Source: Nitrospirota bacterium
GTDB taxonomy: Bacteria; Nitrospirota; UBA9217
Reading direction: 5' to 3'
Length of the DNA stretch: 64,000 nucleotides
Assembly (NCBI GenBank): GCA_963790205.1
Contig: CAWBNQ010000014.1
Span: forward strand, 1 to 64,000
The position numbers and the translations under genes are program-made. Positions 1 through 8,763 of this stretch are shown one piece after another. Below the pieces are notes generated by a model. That model did no database searches, was not told where the DNA came from, and was given only the letters and a program-made list of their open reading frames with translations. Within the stretch, counting starts at the first letter, position 1. Each line of letters opens with the position of its first letter.

Positions 1-63
1 GTTTATCGCCGACATCTGGTACCGTTGTTCGCATCTGCTGTCGTTGTCCTGGAAGAAAAAGGC

Positions 64-375
64 ATGATGAAAAATCCGACGGAAAAACTCAATTGCTGGG
101 AAGTGAAACAGTGCGGCCGGGAGCCGGGAGGCAAACGCGACGATCTCGGCGTCTGTCCGGCGTCAGAGGAGATGAGACTCAACGGCAGACACGGAGGCAT
201 AAATGCGGGGAGAGCGTGCTGGGTCGTGGCGGGCACCCTGTGCGGCGGCAAGGTACAGGGGACCTTCGCAAAAAAATACGATACCTGCGAACAGTGTGAT
301 TTCTTTAACCTCGTAAGGCAGGAAGAAGGAACGGACTATATCAGTTCCCTCTTTCTCATCTATAAGCTGAAATAG
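64..375 (+). CDS. Small Cys-rich two-CW-domain protein
   Basis: NCWEVKQC...CPA...GRACW...C...CEQCDF pattern; ATG at 64 chosen over the ORF-track start at 25. Confidence 0.7.
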   Translation: MMKNPTEKLNCWEVKQCGREPGGKRDDLGVCPASEEMRLNGRHGGINAGRACWVVAGTLCGGKVQGTFAKKYDTCEQCDFFNLVRQEEGTDYISSLFLIYKLK

Positions 376-572
376 CGGCGCCTGGTCCCGCATCATTATC
401 CGGCATTCTTCTGTTTATTTAAATTCATCCTCGCAGCCTCGTGCCTTTCAGTCTGTCCCCGCCTGCCTCAATTACCCGCCCTCATACACTTTAGGCAACA
501 GGATCCTTTTGTTCGTCGTTTTTTTAAATTTGCACGTCGCACTTTGCGGTTTACGATCCCGGCTTGTCCGGG

Positions 573-1184
573 TCAGAGTCTCCGGAGAATACCCACCACT
601 TTCCCCATGATACGGAACTCTCCCCGGTCGAGCAGGAGGGGCTTCATGGCGCTGTTCTCGGGCTGCAACCGTACCTGGTTCCTCCCGAGAAAGAACCGCT
701 TGACGGTCGCCTCGCCGTCCACCAGGGCGACGACGATGTCACCCTCGTGTGCCGAGGCCTGCGCATGGACCAGAAGCGTATCGCCGTCCACGATATGGGC
801 ATCCACCATGCTGTTGCCTTTCACCTTCAAGGCAAAAATATTTTGAGCGCTCTTGAGTGAAAAGAGGGAAGGATCGATCACGACATCCCCTTCCCGGTTC
901 TCGGGCGCAAGCACGGGGAGTCCGGCGGCCACTCTGCCGAGCAGGGGTATTGCGACGGACGGCCGCTCACGCTCCCGCACGGTGAGGCCGCGGGACTTTC
1001 CCCGCTCCCGGGCGATGAACCCGCTCCTCTCGAGCGCGGCAAGATGTCCTTCCACGCCGTTCGTGGAGCGGATGCCGAACTCCTCGCCGATTTCCCGCAT
1101 GGTGGGGGGAATGCCGCGCTTGCCGATCGTGGCGCTGATAAAATCGTATATTCTCCGCTGCCGTTCGGTCAGTTCTTTGGTCAC
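573..1184 (-). CDS. lexA: LexA repressor
   Basis: wHTH (LTERQ...PPTMREIG...STNGVEGHL), VAAG Ala-Gly cleavage site, catalytic GNSM Ser and TVKR Lys; probable GTG start at 1184. Confidence 0.95.
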   Translation of the reverse strand: MTKELTERQRRIYDFISATIGKRGIPPTMREIGEEFGIRSTNGVEGHLAALERSGFIARERGKSRGLTVRERERPSVAIPLLGRVAAGLPVLAPENREGDVVIDPSLFSLKSAQNIFALKVKGNSMVDAHIVDGDTLLVHAQASAHEGDIVVALVDGEATVKRFFLGRNQVRLQPENSAMKPLLLDRGEFRIMGKVVGILRRL

Positions 1185-1264
1185 AAAAACCCTTTCCCTT
1201 GCAAATATCAAATTGCGAATTTTAAATACTTTCCAATCCGCATCCGAAATCTACAATCCGCAAT

Positions 1265-2476
1265 TCAATACGCCCGGTCCCCCGTCGGCCGCCATGCCGG
1301 GGAGATCACGCGCTCATGCCGGTATCGCTCGGCGAGCGTGCCCCAGGTAACGGTAAAGCCGCCGTACCGGTCGTTGATCTCGTCCATGGCGTCGGCGATG
1401 AACGTTCTCTTTCGTTCGTCTATGAAGAGCGGCATTTGCGCCATGTCCCGCTCCAGACCCGACACGCTCACGCCTACAAGCCTCACCGCTTGGTCGAGAC
1501 GCAGCTCATGCAAGATTCCGGCTGCCGCGGCATAGATGTCCAACCCGTGATTGACAACGCGCCGGAGCCGCCGGCGGCGGGTAAAGGTATGAAAGTCCGC
1601 ATACCGGAGGGTCAGGGTCACCGTCCTGCCGCTGTAGCGTCCCCGCCTGAGCCGCTGTCCCACCTTTTCCGAAAGCTGGAGGAGATGGCGCTCGAGCATG
1701 GCGATGTCCGGGCAGTCTTCGTCGAGGGTCATGCTGTGGCCCATGGACTTTGTTGATTCTCCATCCTCTGGCGCCGCCGGAACGACCGGATCGTCATCGA
1801 TGCCCCGCGCCATATCGCGGAGCCGTTCTCCGATGACACCGAACCGGGAGACAAGCAGCCGGAGCGGCGCACGGGACAGTTCCCCGCAGGTGCGAATCCC
1901 GAGAACCGCCAGATGCTTTGTCAGGTTCGGGCCGATGCCGCAAATCTCTTTTACGGGCAGGTCTTCGAGCACGTCAGCCACGTCTTCGGGAGCGATGACC
2001 ACGAGGCCGTCGGGCTTCTGCATGTCGCTGCCGAGCTTGGCGAGGAGCTTGTTCGGCCCGATGCCGATCGAGCAGGTAAGACCCATTTCCTCCCATGTCC
2101 GCTCTTTTATCCGGACCGCGATCCTGACGGGATCGCCGAAAAGCGCCTCACATCCGGTCACATCGAGGAAGGCTTCGTCAATGGAGAACAGTTCGACAGC
2201 CGGCGTGAAATCCGACCAGATCCTGATCAGTTGCTCGCAGGCATGGGAATACTTCGCAGAATCGGCCGGGACGAGCATGATCTCCGGGCAGACCCGCTTC
2301 GCCTCCCCGTACGTCATCCCGGTCTTCACGCCGAAGGCGCGCGCTTCGTACGAGGGCGAGAGGAGCACCCCCCGGTGCAGGGACCCGATCACGGCCATGG
2401 GCCTTCCCCGGAGCGCCGGATTCGACCGCTGCTCAACGGAGGCAAAAAAAGCGTTCATGTCTATGTGGAGAATCAT
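1265..2476 (-). CDS. dinB: Y-family DNA polymerase (DinB/Pol IV-like) with C-terminal QMPLF clamp motif and RecA-NT-like tail
   Basis: HIDMNAFFASVE, SYEARAFGV, SIDEAFLD motifs; ATG at 2476 overlaps the upstream stop (ATGA). Confidence 0.92.
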   Translation of the reverse strand: MILHIDMNAFFASVEQRSNPALRGRPMAVIGSLHRGVLLSPSYEARAFGVKTGMTYGEAKRVCPEIMLVPADSAKYSHACEQLIRIWSDFTPAVELFSIDEAFLDVTGCEALFGDPVRIAVRIKERTWEEMGLTCSIGIGPNKLLAKLGSDMQKPDGLVVIAPEDVADVLEDLPVKEICGIGPNLTKHLAVLGIRTCGELSRAPLRLLVSRFGVIGERLRDMARGIDDDPVVPAAPEDGESTKSMGHSMTLDEDCPDIAMLERHLLQLSEKVGQRLRRGRYSGRTVTLTLRYADFHTFTRRRRLRRVVNHGLDIYAAAAGILHELRLDQAVRLVGVSVSGLERDMAQMPLFIDERKRTFIADAMDEINDRYGGFTVTWGTLAERYRHERVISPAWRPTGDRAY

Positions 2477-2712
2477 TCCGAATTCAAAAGCCTCCATCCC
2501 AGCGTCTCGGCGTTGTAGCAGATCTCGTACAGTCCCTGGCCGTCGGTCACGGAAAAATGAAAGACCACTGCGCGACCTTCCCGCGTCTTCCACGTGAAGG
2601 TCGTCTCGCGGACCCGGACCTGTCTGTTGTTCCATGAAAACCAGACCGGCCTGATCCCTCCGCGGGAGAAGACCGCGCCGACGTCTATCGGTTCGTTTAA
2701 TTCAACCGTCAT
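2473..2712 (-). CDS. Small beta-rich protein resembling DUF6504 / ImuB C-terminal domain
   Basis: PVWFSWNNRQVRV...FHFSVTD...YEICY...WRL; translationally coupled to dinB. Confidence 0.7.
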   Translation of the reverse strand: MTVELNEPIDVGAVFSRGGIRPVWFSWNNRQVRVRETTFTWKTREGRAVVFHFSVTDGQGLYEICYNAETLGWRLLNSE

Positions 2713-2718
2713 GGACAC

Positions 2719-2747
2719 AGTATAGTGAACATTTGTTCATCTGTCAA
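2719..2747 (-). promoter_or_regulatory. sigma70 promoter with LexA operator in the spacer
   Basis: TTGACA (2747-2742), 17 bp, TATACT (2724-2719); TGAAC-ATTT-GTTCA inverted repeat at 2726-2739. Confidence 0.88.
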
Positions 2748-2892
2748 GGACTTCCGTGCTTCTGGGACGGCAATTGAGAAAGGACGGGGGCGCCGTGGTT
2801 TTAATGCATGGATGATAATCAGCGTGGAGCAAGCGGAATGACCGGTAAGGAAAGGAGGTGTGAGAGGTTATTCAGGATTCAAAAAGCATGTC

Positions 2893-3306
2893 TCATGTCA
2901 GGCCTTTCTTTTTCAAATACTCTCCGAACTTCATGTCCGTTTTCAAGATATGGTCCACGATCCAGTCCACCACGACCTGGTTCGTGGTGGCCGACAAATC
3001 GTAGGAGGCGCCCCGAATGCGCGGTTGAGACGCCTGGGACTTTAATTCATTGAGCGCGGCCAGGTATTTCCTGTGTTCCTCCCGCTGCTTCTCGTATCCG
3101 GCATAGCCGGTCTCCCTCATGTGTTTTTCCTCTTCGGAAAAATGGATCCTGGCGTAATCCTCAAGGAACTTGATGGTGCCGTCTATCTCATCCTTGCAGC
3201 GATGCTGCTTGATGGCGTTGACGAGGTTGTTGATCCTCTTGAACAGCTCCTTATGCTGGCTGTCGATGGTATTGATGCCGATTGCCAGCTTCTCGCTCCA
3301 TTCCAT
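2893..3306 (-). CDS. Bacteriohemerythrin
   Basis: EWSEKLAIG..IDSQHKELF, HFSEEE, EEH, HILKTD diiron ligand pattern. Confidence 0.93.
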   Translation of the reverse strand: MEWSEKLAIGINTIDSQHKELFKRINNLVNAIKQHRCKDEIDGTIKFLEDYARIHFSEEEKHMRETGYAGYEKQREEHRKYLAALNELKSQASQPRIRGASYDLSATTNQVVVDWIVDHILKTDMKFGEYLKKKGLT

Positions 3307-3413
3307 GACAAGACCTCCGATGCTGGTATAATGAATACCAGATGTTAACAGGGGGCCATGCTCCTTGTCAAGACGACAATCGTGTCGGTGTCACCGAACG
3401 GCGGCAGTACCAA

Positions 3414-3442
3414 TTGACACCTGTTGCAAAAAAGGTTAATTT
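3414..3442 (+). promoter_or_regulatory. Putative sigma70 promoter giving a leaderless transcript
   Basis: TTGACA (3414-3419), 17 bp, TAATTT (3437-3442), 6 nt, then ATG at 3449. Confidence 0.55.
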
Positions 3443-3448
3443 GACACA

Positions 3449-4237
3449 ATGAAAACCGCGGTCGAAATATACAGGCTCCTTCCCAAAACGAACTGCGGCA
3501 AGTGCGGCACCACAAGCTGCTTCGGGTTCGCCGCGAAGCTTGCCACTCATCAGGCATCGCCTGATGAGTGCCCCACGATGACCAAGGCAGCGCGGGAAGC
3601 GATCCGTGAAGCGGACAAGGAACGGCGTGAATCGCCCGGCACGGTGTATGAGCAGGTCCTCGAATCGCTGCGGCCTAAAATCCAGGCACTGGACTTCCGG
3701 AAGCTGGCGCGTCTATTCGGCGCCCGGACCAGGGACCCCGACACGTTGGAGATCGTCTTTTTGAACGACGCCTACCACGTCACGAAGGATAAGATAACGG
3801 ACAGCTCCGGCAAAGAGCCACGGCCCTGGATCTCGATCCTGATCTATAATCACCTCTGCATGCCCGACCCGCCGGCGCCTGCCGGAGAATGGATCACCTT
3901 CAGCTCGGTCCCTGCGTCCCATGCCAAGGACAAAGCGTGGGCCGGTCATGTGGAAGAGGAGATCGCGAAGCACTTTGCCGGCAACGTGGCGGGTCTCAAG
4001 ACCGCCTGCGAACGCCTGGGCGGCATACCCGCAGCGGTCCCCGGCAAACATGACGCGGCGTATGAATTCCGTTTCTTCCCCCACTATCCCGTGCTGCTTC
4101 TGTTCGACGACGCCGTTGCGGAAGAGAACTTTCCCGCGCAGTGCAGGATGCTCCTGGACAAGACCGCGCCGCATTATCTTGATATCGAGTCGATTGTGGT
4201 GCTGGGGGAGGAATTTGCGGGACGGCTCACGGGGTGA
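3449..4237 (+). CDS. Fe-S cluster domain plus DUF3786-like protein
   Basis: LPKTNCGKCG..SC..FA..CP motif typical of the AcsC/RnfB N-terminal Fe-S domain; C-terminal DUF3786-like region. Confidence 0.8.
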   Translation: MKTAVEIYRLLPKTNCGKCGTTSCFGFAAKLATHQASPDECPTMTKAAREAIREADKERRESPGTVYEQVLESLRPKIQALDFRKLARLFGARTRDPDTLEIVFLNDAYHVTKDKITDSSGKEPRPWISILIYNHLCMPDPPAPAGEWITFSSVPASHAKDKAWAGHVEEEIAKHFAGNVAGLKTACERLGGIPAAVPGKHDAAYEFRFFPHYPVLLLFDDAVAEENFPAQCRMLLDKTAPHYLDIESIVVLGEEFAGRLTG

Positions 4238-4357
4238 GGCAATTGTGAAGTATGAAGTAAGAAGTAGGAAATTAAGGCGATAAAATTAAAGCTGAAGAGC
4301 TCGATATTCAGCAAGGTTCCGTTTTTTATTCCGCGCTCCGCACTTCGCACTCCGCAC

Positions 4358-6253
4358 TTAATTCTTTCCTTTTCCCAGCGGCTCGAACTTTGTCCCTCCG
4401 CTCTCGACGAACTTGCTGAAGAACTCGACGTAATGCAGCCTGAGCGAATGTATCGTGGGCGAGAACACGCCGAGGATGATATTGAGGATATGGAGCAGCG
4501 CGGCCACCGCCACCCCGATCACGACGTCGCCCATCTCTCCCGCAAGCCGGTTCGCCACGAAAGCGAGCAGGACCGAGGTGAGGCCGATGGCCATGATCCT
4601 GACGTAGGAGATGATGTTGCCGATGCTTTTGAGCAGTTCGAGCGGCGCCAGGAGACCGCCGGTGAAGAACAGGAACGGCGTGATGACCAGGATCACGATG
4701 ATGATGGGCCTCGACAGCAAGGCGGGGAAGAACCCGAAGAAAGACGCGAACACGGCTATCAGGCAGAGAATGACGATGATGTTCAGGAGTTTATAGATCG
4801 CTTCCTTGCGGACATGCTTCTTGAAGGCGGTAATGACACCGAGCAGCAGCCCCAGGAGGACATGCACCACGCCGGCGGAAAGCGCGAATACCATCATGGG
4901 CACGACCGACGTACGCCGCTCGATCAAGAGCGGCTCAAGGCCGAAGAGCCTCGCGCCCAGATCGCCGAACAGCTCTCCGTAGAGCAGGCCGAACAGTATG
5001 GTATACAGTGAGGACACGAGCAGGATGCGGGACGCATCAGCCACGTCCCTGTTCTTCGCAAACCGTTTATGCAGAATGAGCGCGAAGACCGCAAGGAGCA
5101 CGCCGTACCCCGCGTCGCCGAGGATCATGCCGAAGAACACGGGAAAGAATATCCCGATGTACGGCGTCGGGTCAAGGGACGTGTACGCGGGAAGCGGAAG
5201 GAGACGGCCGAGGAGCTCGAAGGGCTTGAAGTAGGGCGGGTTCGTCAGAACGATCGGGGCATGTTCGAGCTCCTGTTCGCGTACATGCTTTTCTTCCAGC
5301 ACGACCTGCATGCCGAACGACGCTGCCATCTGCGCCTTCATCCTCCCCACGTCGTCCGAGGGCATCCATCCGTGGATATAGAAACACATCTGCGTCTGGT
5401 ATATCGACGCGGTCGTGGTGAGCAGCGAGACCCGCTCGTCGATCCACTCCAGAACGCGGCAATAGAGCGGCGCCCAGCGATGGCCCAGGTCCGCCAGCTT
5501 CCGGTCGATTGCTTCTATCTCGGTTGTCAACTCAAGAGAACGCGCTTCCAGATAGGTGATCTTCCCCGAGAGGGGCAGGGCATCGAAGTCCGCGGGAAAA
5601 CCCATTTCCGGAAGATGCTCGCGGGTCAACGCCTGGCTCACGGTCCCGGCAACGCTCTTTTCAATGGTGATCATCCCCGCGAGCGTTCCGTCTCCGGCCG
5701 GCACCGTGAAAAGCTTGAAGTTCCCTCCCGTCATCTTCGAGACCAGTGCGCGCACGTGCTCTACCGCACCCGGGTCCTTGATGGTGAGTCCGATAATATC
5801 GAAATCGGGCGGCGTCTGGGCACCCTTAAAGAGAGAGCTGAGGGTGTCCAGGAATTGGGCAAAGTGGCCGAGTTCCGCCCTTTCTCTTTTTATGTCGGAT
5901 TTCCTTTCATGGAGTTCCCTGGCGGCCTCGAGGTGCTTTTCTACGGTATAAACGATCGTTCCGATGATCGCTTGCGGCTGGAGGTAGCTTGTTCTCACCG
6001 GCATCTTGGGGAAATAGGTGAAAAACTCCTCGATCTTGCGGCGCAGATCATCAAGAAAAAGACGCTCAAAAAGGACCCGCTCGCGTTCATCGTGGAGAAA
6101 GGGCCTGATCTTTTCCCCTGCCGCCTCCCCTTCGATAAGCTCAGCCGTCTCCGGCTCGATCTGAAACACGTTCAGCTTCTGGAGGAGGACGAGCACATCC
6201 TGCAGCGCGCCTTTCGGACCGACGATCTCGACCTTCGACATTCTCGCTATCAT
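4358..6253 (-). CDS. ntpI: V/A-type ATPase subunit I (a), with no other subunits nearby
   Basis: DPTP, GMILGDAGYG, essential Arg in SYVRIMA, LRLHYVEFFSKF. Confidence 0.9.
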   Translation of the reverse strand: MIARMSKVEIVGPKGALQDVLVLLQKLNVFQIEPETAELIEGEAAGEKIRPFLHDERERVLFERLFLDDLRRKIEEFFTYFPKMPVRTSYLQPQAIIGTIVYTVEKHLEAARELHERKSDIKRERAELGHFAQFLDTLSSLFKGAQTPPDFDIIGLTIKDPGAVEHVRALVSKMTGGNFKLFTVPAGDGTLAGMITIEKSVAGTVSQALTREHLPEMGFPADFDALPLSGKITYLEARSLELTTEIEAIDRKLADLGHRWAPLYCRVLEWIDERVSLLTTTASIYQTQMCFYIHGWMPSDDVGRMKAQMAASFGMQVVLEEKHVREQELEHAPIVLTNPPYFKPFELLGRLLPLPAYTSLDPTPYIGIFFPVFFGMILGDAGYGVLLAVFALILHKRFAKNRDVADASRILLVSSLYTILFGLLYGELFGDLGARLFGLEPLLIERRTSVVPMMVFALSAGVVHVLLGLLLGVITAFKKHVRKEAIYKLLNIIVILCLIAVFASFFGFFPALLSRPIIIVILVITPFLFFTGGLLAPLELLKSIGNIISYVRIMAIGLTSVLLAFVANRLAGEMGDVVIGVAVAALLHILNIILGVFSPTIHSLRLHYVEFFSKFVESGGTKFEPLGKGKN

Positions 6254-6476
6254 GTTCTTGTCCCGCTGACAATTAATTGCGTTGAAGAATACACCCTTGG
6301 TATTATTGTAGCAAAAAATATGACAACTATTGGGAGCATGACGATGAAATCGATAGGCTAGTTGTTCTTGCTGCTGTCATTCTAAGGAAGAATCACGGTT
6401 TAGAAATATATTTGGCCTAGGCATGGATTGGAGGGAGAGGAATTTCGCGTGCTGTTTGATAAGACAATCTTTCTTT

Positions 6477-6513
6477 CGTCATTCTGAGGGGTGAAGACCC
6501 GAAGAATCTGGAC
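6477..6513. repeat. CGTCAT-type palindromic repeat, left arm flanking the GIY-YIG gene
   Basis: CGTCATTCTGAGG...CCGAAGAATCTGGAC; inverted copy at 6862-6894. Confidence 0.85.
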
Positions 6514-6799
6514 GGCCGAACCAACCCGCTGCGAGATCATCCCATTCGGGATTCATGGAGTCTATGAGAGCGATTTTTTTGCTTCGCAACCATCCTTTAA
6601 TCTGTTTCTCACGAGCAATTGCAACTTCTACGTCTTGTGTCATCTCGTAATAAACAAGCATATCGATCCTGTACCTGAACGTAAAGCCTTTAACAAGATG
6701 ATTCTTGTGTTCGTAAACCCGTCGTTCGAGGTTATTTGTGACACCGACATAAAGCGTTCTCGATCTATTCGTCATGATGTAAACAAAGAATTGCTTCAT
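6479..6799 (-). CDS. Small GIY-YIG nuclease
   Basis: FVYIM...LYVGVTNNLERRVYEH...AIAREKQIKGW; ATG at 6799 after GGAG. Confidence 0.9.
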   Translation of the reverse strand: MKQFFVYIMTNRSRTLYVGVTNNLERRVYEHKNHLVKGFTFRYRIDMLVYYEMTQDVEVAIAREKQIKGWLRSKKIALIDSMNPEWDDLAAGWFGRPDSSGLHPSE

Positions 6800-6861
6800 G
6801 TAAGCATCTCCGATAGAGCGGCATGGGTACGGAGAATACAACTGAACCATTTCACTATCCA

Positions 6862-6894
6862 GTCCAGATTCTTCGGCTGCGCCTCAGAATGACG
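6862..6894. repeat. CGTCAT-type palindromic repeat, right arm flanking the GIY-YIG gene
   Basis: GTCCAGATTCTTCGG...CCTCAGAATGACG, reverse complement of 6477-6513 apart from the loop. Confidence 0.85.
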
Positions 6895-6905
6895 GCATAC
6901 AACGC

Positions 6906-7667
6906 CTACCCTCTTCTCACGGCATAAATAAGAAATTCCACGTTGCCGTCCTGTCCGGTGATCGGAGAAGGCATGACGCCCTTCACTTCAAGACCGGACC
7001 CGCGAATAAAGTTCGTCACCCGGTCCACTGCCGCGCTCCTCGCAGCCTCGTCGCGCACGATCCCGCCTTTGCCCACCTGCTCCCTTCCGACCTCGAACTG
7101 AGGTTTGATGAGCGCGATGAGCTCCGAATCAGGCTTGAGAAATTTAAGGATGGAAGGGACGACCTTTTCGAGGGAGATGAACGAGACATCGATGGCCACG
7201 GTATCGATCGGCTCCGGAATGAGCGATGAAGCAATATCGCGGATGTTGACGCGCTCGATCGTGATGACGCGGGGGTCTTGGCGAAGCTTCCAGGCCAGCT
7301 GGCCATACCCGACATCCACGGCATAGACTTTCTTGGCCCCGTGCTGCAGCAGGCAGTCGGTGAACCCGCCGGTGGAGGCGCCCACATCGAGCGCCGTCTT
7401 CCCTTCCACAGACACGTTGAACTCTTTCAAAGCCCCTGCAAGCTTCAGTCCTCCCCTGCTCACGTAAGGGAGCACTTCGCCCAGGATGCGGATCCCGGCA
7501 TCTTCCGGGACGAGCGCCCCGGCCTTATCCTGTTTCTGGCCGTTAACGAGCACCTGGCCGGCCAGGATCAGCGCGTGGCCGCGCTCACGGCTTTCCACGA
7601 GGCCGCGCTCGACGAGGAGACGATCAAGACGGATTTTCATCGTTTTTTTGTTGTCTTGTTTTTTCAT
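6906..7667 (-). CDS. tlyA: TlyA family rRNA 2'-O-methyltransferase
   Basis: S4 domain RLDRLL, YVSRGGLKL, DVGASTGGFTD, IKPQFE; upstream TTGACA-17-TACGCT at 7710-7682. Confidence 0.93.
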   Translation of the reverse strand: MKKQDNKKTMKIRLDRLLVERGLVESRERGHALILAGQVLVNGQKQDKAGALVPEDAGIRILGEVLPYVSRGGLKLAGALKEFNVSVEGKTALDVGASTGGFTDCLLQHGAKKVYAVDVGYGQLAWKLRQDPRVITIERVNIRDIASSLIPEPIDTVAIDVSFISLEKVVPSILKFLKPDSELIALIKPQFEVGREQVGKGGIVRDEAARSAAVDRVTNFIRGSGLEVKGVMPSPITGQDGNVEFLIYAVRRG

Positions 7668-7811
7668 GGGTAAACAACATGAGCGTACCAGAAGCGGCCC
7701 TCCCTGTCAATCTACCGGGTAGTGCGCGTCGTTCATTGACGTTTCTTCCACCCTGGTATAAACTATTATTACATCCAGGTGTCTGAGAAACATGTTCCGG
7801 AGGTCAATAAT

Positions 7812-8411
7812 ATGAGAAGCACCGGCACCTTCCTGTTGTTCCTGATGCTGGCCTCAGCCGTTCCCGGAGCCGATGTTCTCGCGGCCGCTGTCAGCTGCGA
7901 GGGCGGGATCATCTCCACCGGCGATAGAAGCATAGACGTGCTGGCGAAATGCGGGCCGCCTGATTCCAAGGAATCACACCGGGAAGAACTGAGCGAACGA
8001 CTTGATGACCATACGAAGCAAAAAGTATTCGTCACGGTGGAAGAGTGGACGTACAACTTCGGCCCGAGCCGGTTCATGCGCATCGTCGTGCTGAAAAACG
8101 GCGTTGTCTCCGACATCCGGACCGGCAACTACGGATATACGAATCAACCGGAGCCGGCGGCGCGCGAGTGCAGCGAGCAGTTCGTGTCAATAGGCGATTC
8201 GAAGACCGACGTGCTCGCCAAATGCGGCGAACCGACATTGAAGGGCAGCCACAGGGAAGAGACCGGGGAAAGACTGGACACGACGGAGCGCACGGTGTTC
8301 GTCACGGTAGAAGAATGGACCTATAATCCGGGTCCCACCCGGTTCGTGCGCATACTGACGTTCAGGAACAGCAGGCTCACGGACATCAGGACGGGCAATT
8401 ACGGGTATTAG
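7812..8411 (+). CDS. Secreted protein with tandem DUF2845-like domains
   Basis: Signal peptide; two repeats of GD..DVLAKCG.P...VEEWTYN.GP.RF.RI...IRTGNYGY. Confidence 0.8.
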   Translation: MRSTGTFLLFLMLASAVPGADVLAAAVSCEGGIISTGDRSIDVLAKCGPPDSKESHREELSERLDDHTKQKVFVTVEEWTYNFGPSRFMRIVVLKNGVVSDIRTGNYGYTNQPEPAARECSEQFVSIGDSKTDVLAKCGEPTLKGSHREETGERLDTTERTVFVTVEEWTYNPGPTRFVRILTFRNSRLTDIRTGNYGY

Positions 8412-8421
8412 CAGTGAGATG

Positions 8422-8449
8422 CTGGATTCCCGCTTTCGCGGGAATGACG
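8422..8449. repeat. CGTC-type palindromic REP-like repeat (ATTCCC-N8-GGGAAT core)
   Basis: CTGGATTCCCGCTTTCGCGGGAATGACG. Confidence 0.75.
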
Positions 8450-8763
8450 TACAAATGTTGATGGTTACGACCGATTATTTTGAGACCAGTAATCCGTCGT
8501 ATCATATGCGTTTTTCATGCATCGACGACCAAAGGCGCTCAGGAATGTTCTCGAGCGCCTCTCTTATTGTTCATTGCATATTACCGCCCGCGCCCAGCAT
8601 TTACGAGCCTGCACCCAGCGCTTATGCTTATGAGTGTTTACGAGAACGCAGGGTGTGCTTGCTTGCGCAGCCTGCTCCTGCCTGTGGCCGCGATATGGCA
8701 ACAGCAGGCTACGAAAACGCGGCCATAAACGAGTGCAGGGTGAATCCGCATTCCGCAATGCGT

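Noticed and set aside
2477..2635. 53-aa N-terminal extension of dinB in the ORF track
   Set aside because: It overlaps the better-supported small ORF; the polymerase fold begins at the coupled ATG 2476
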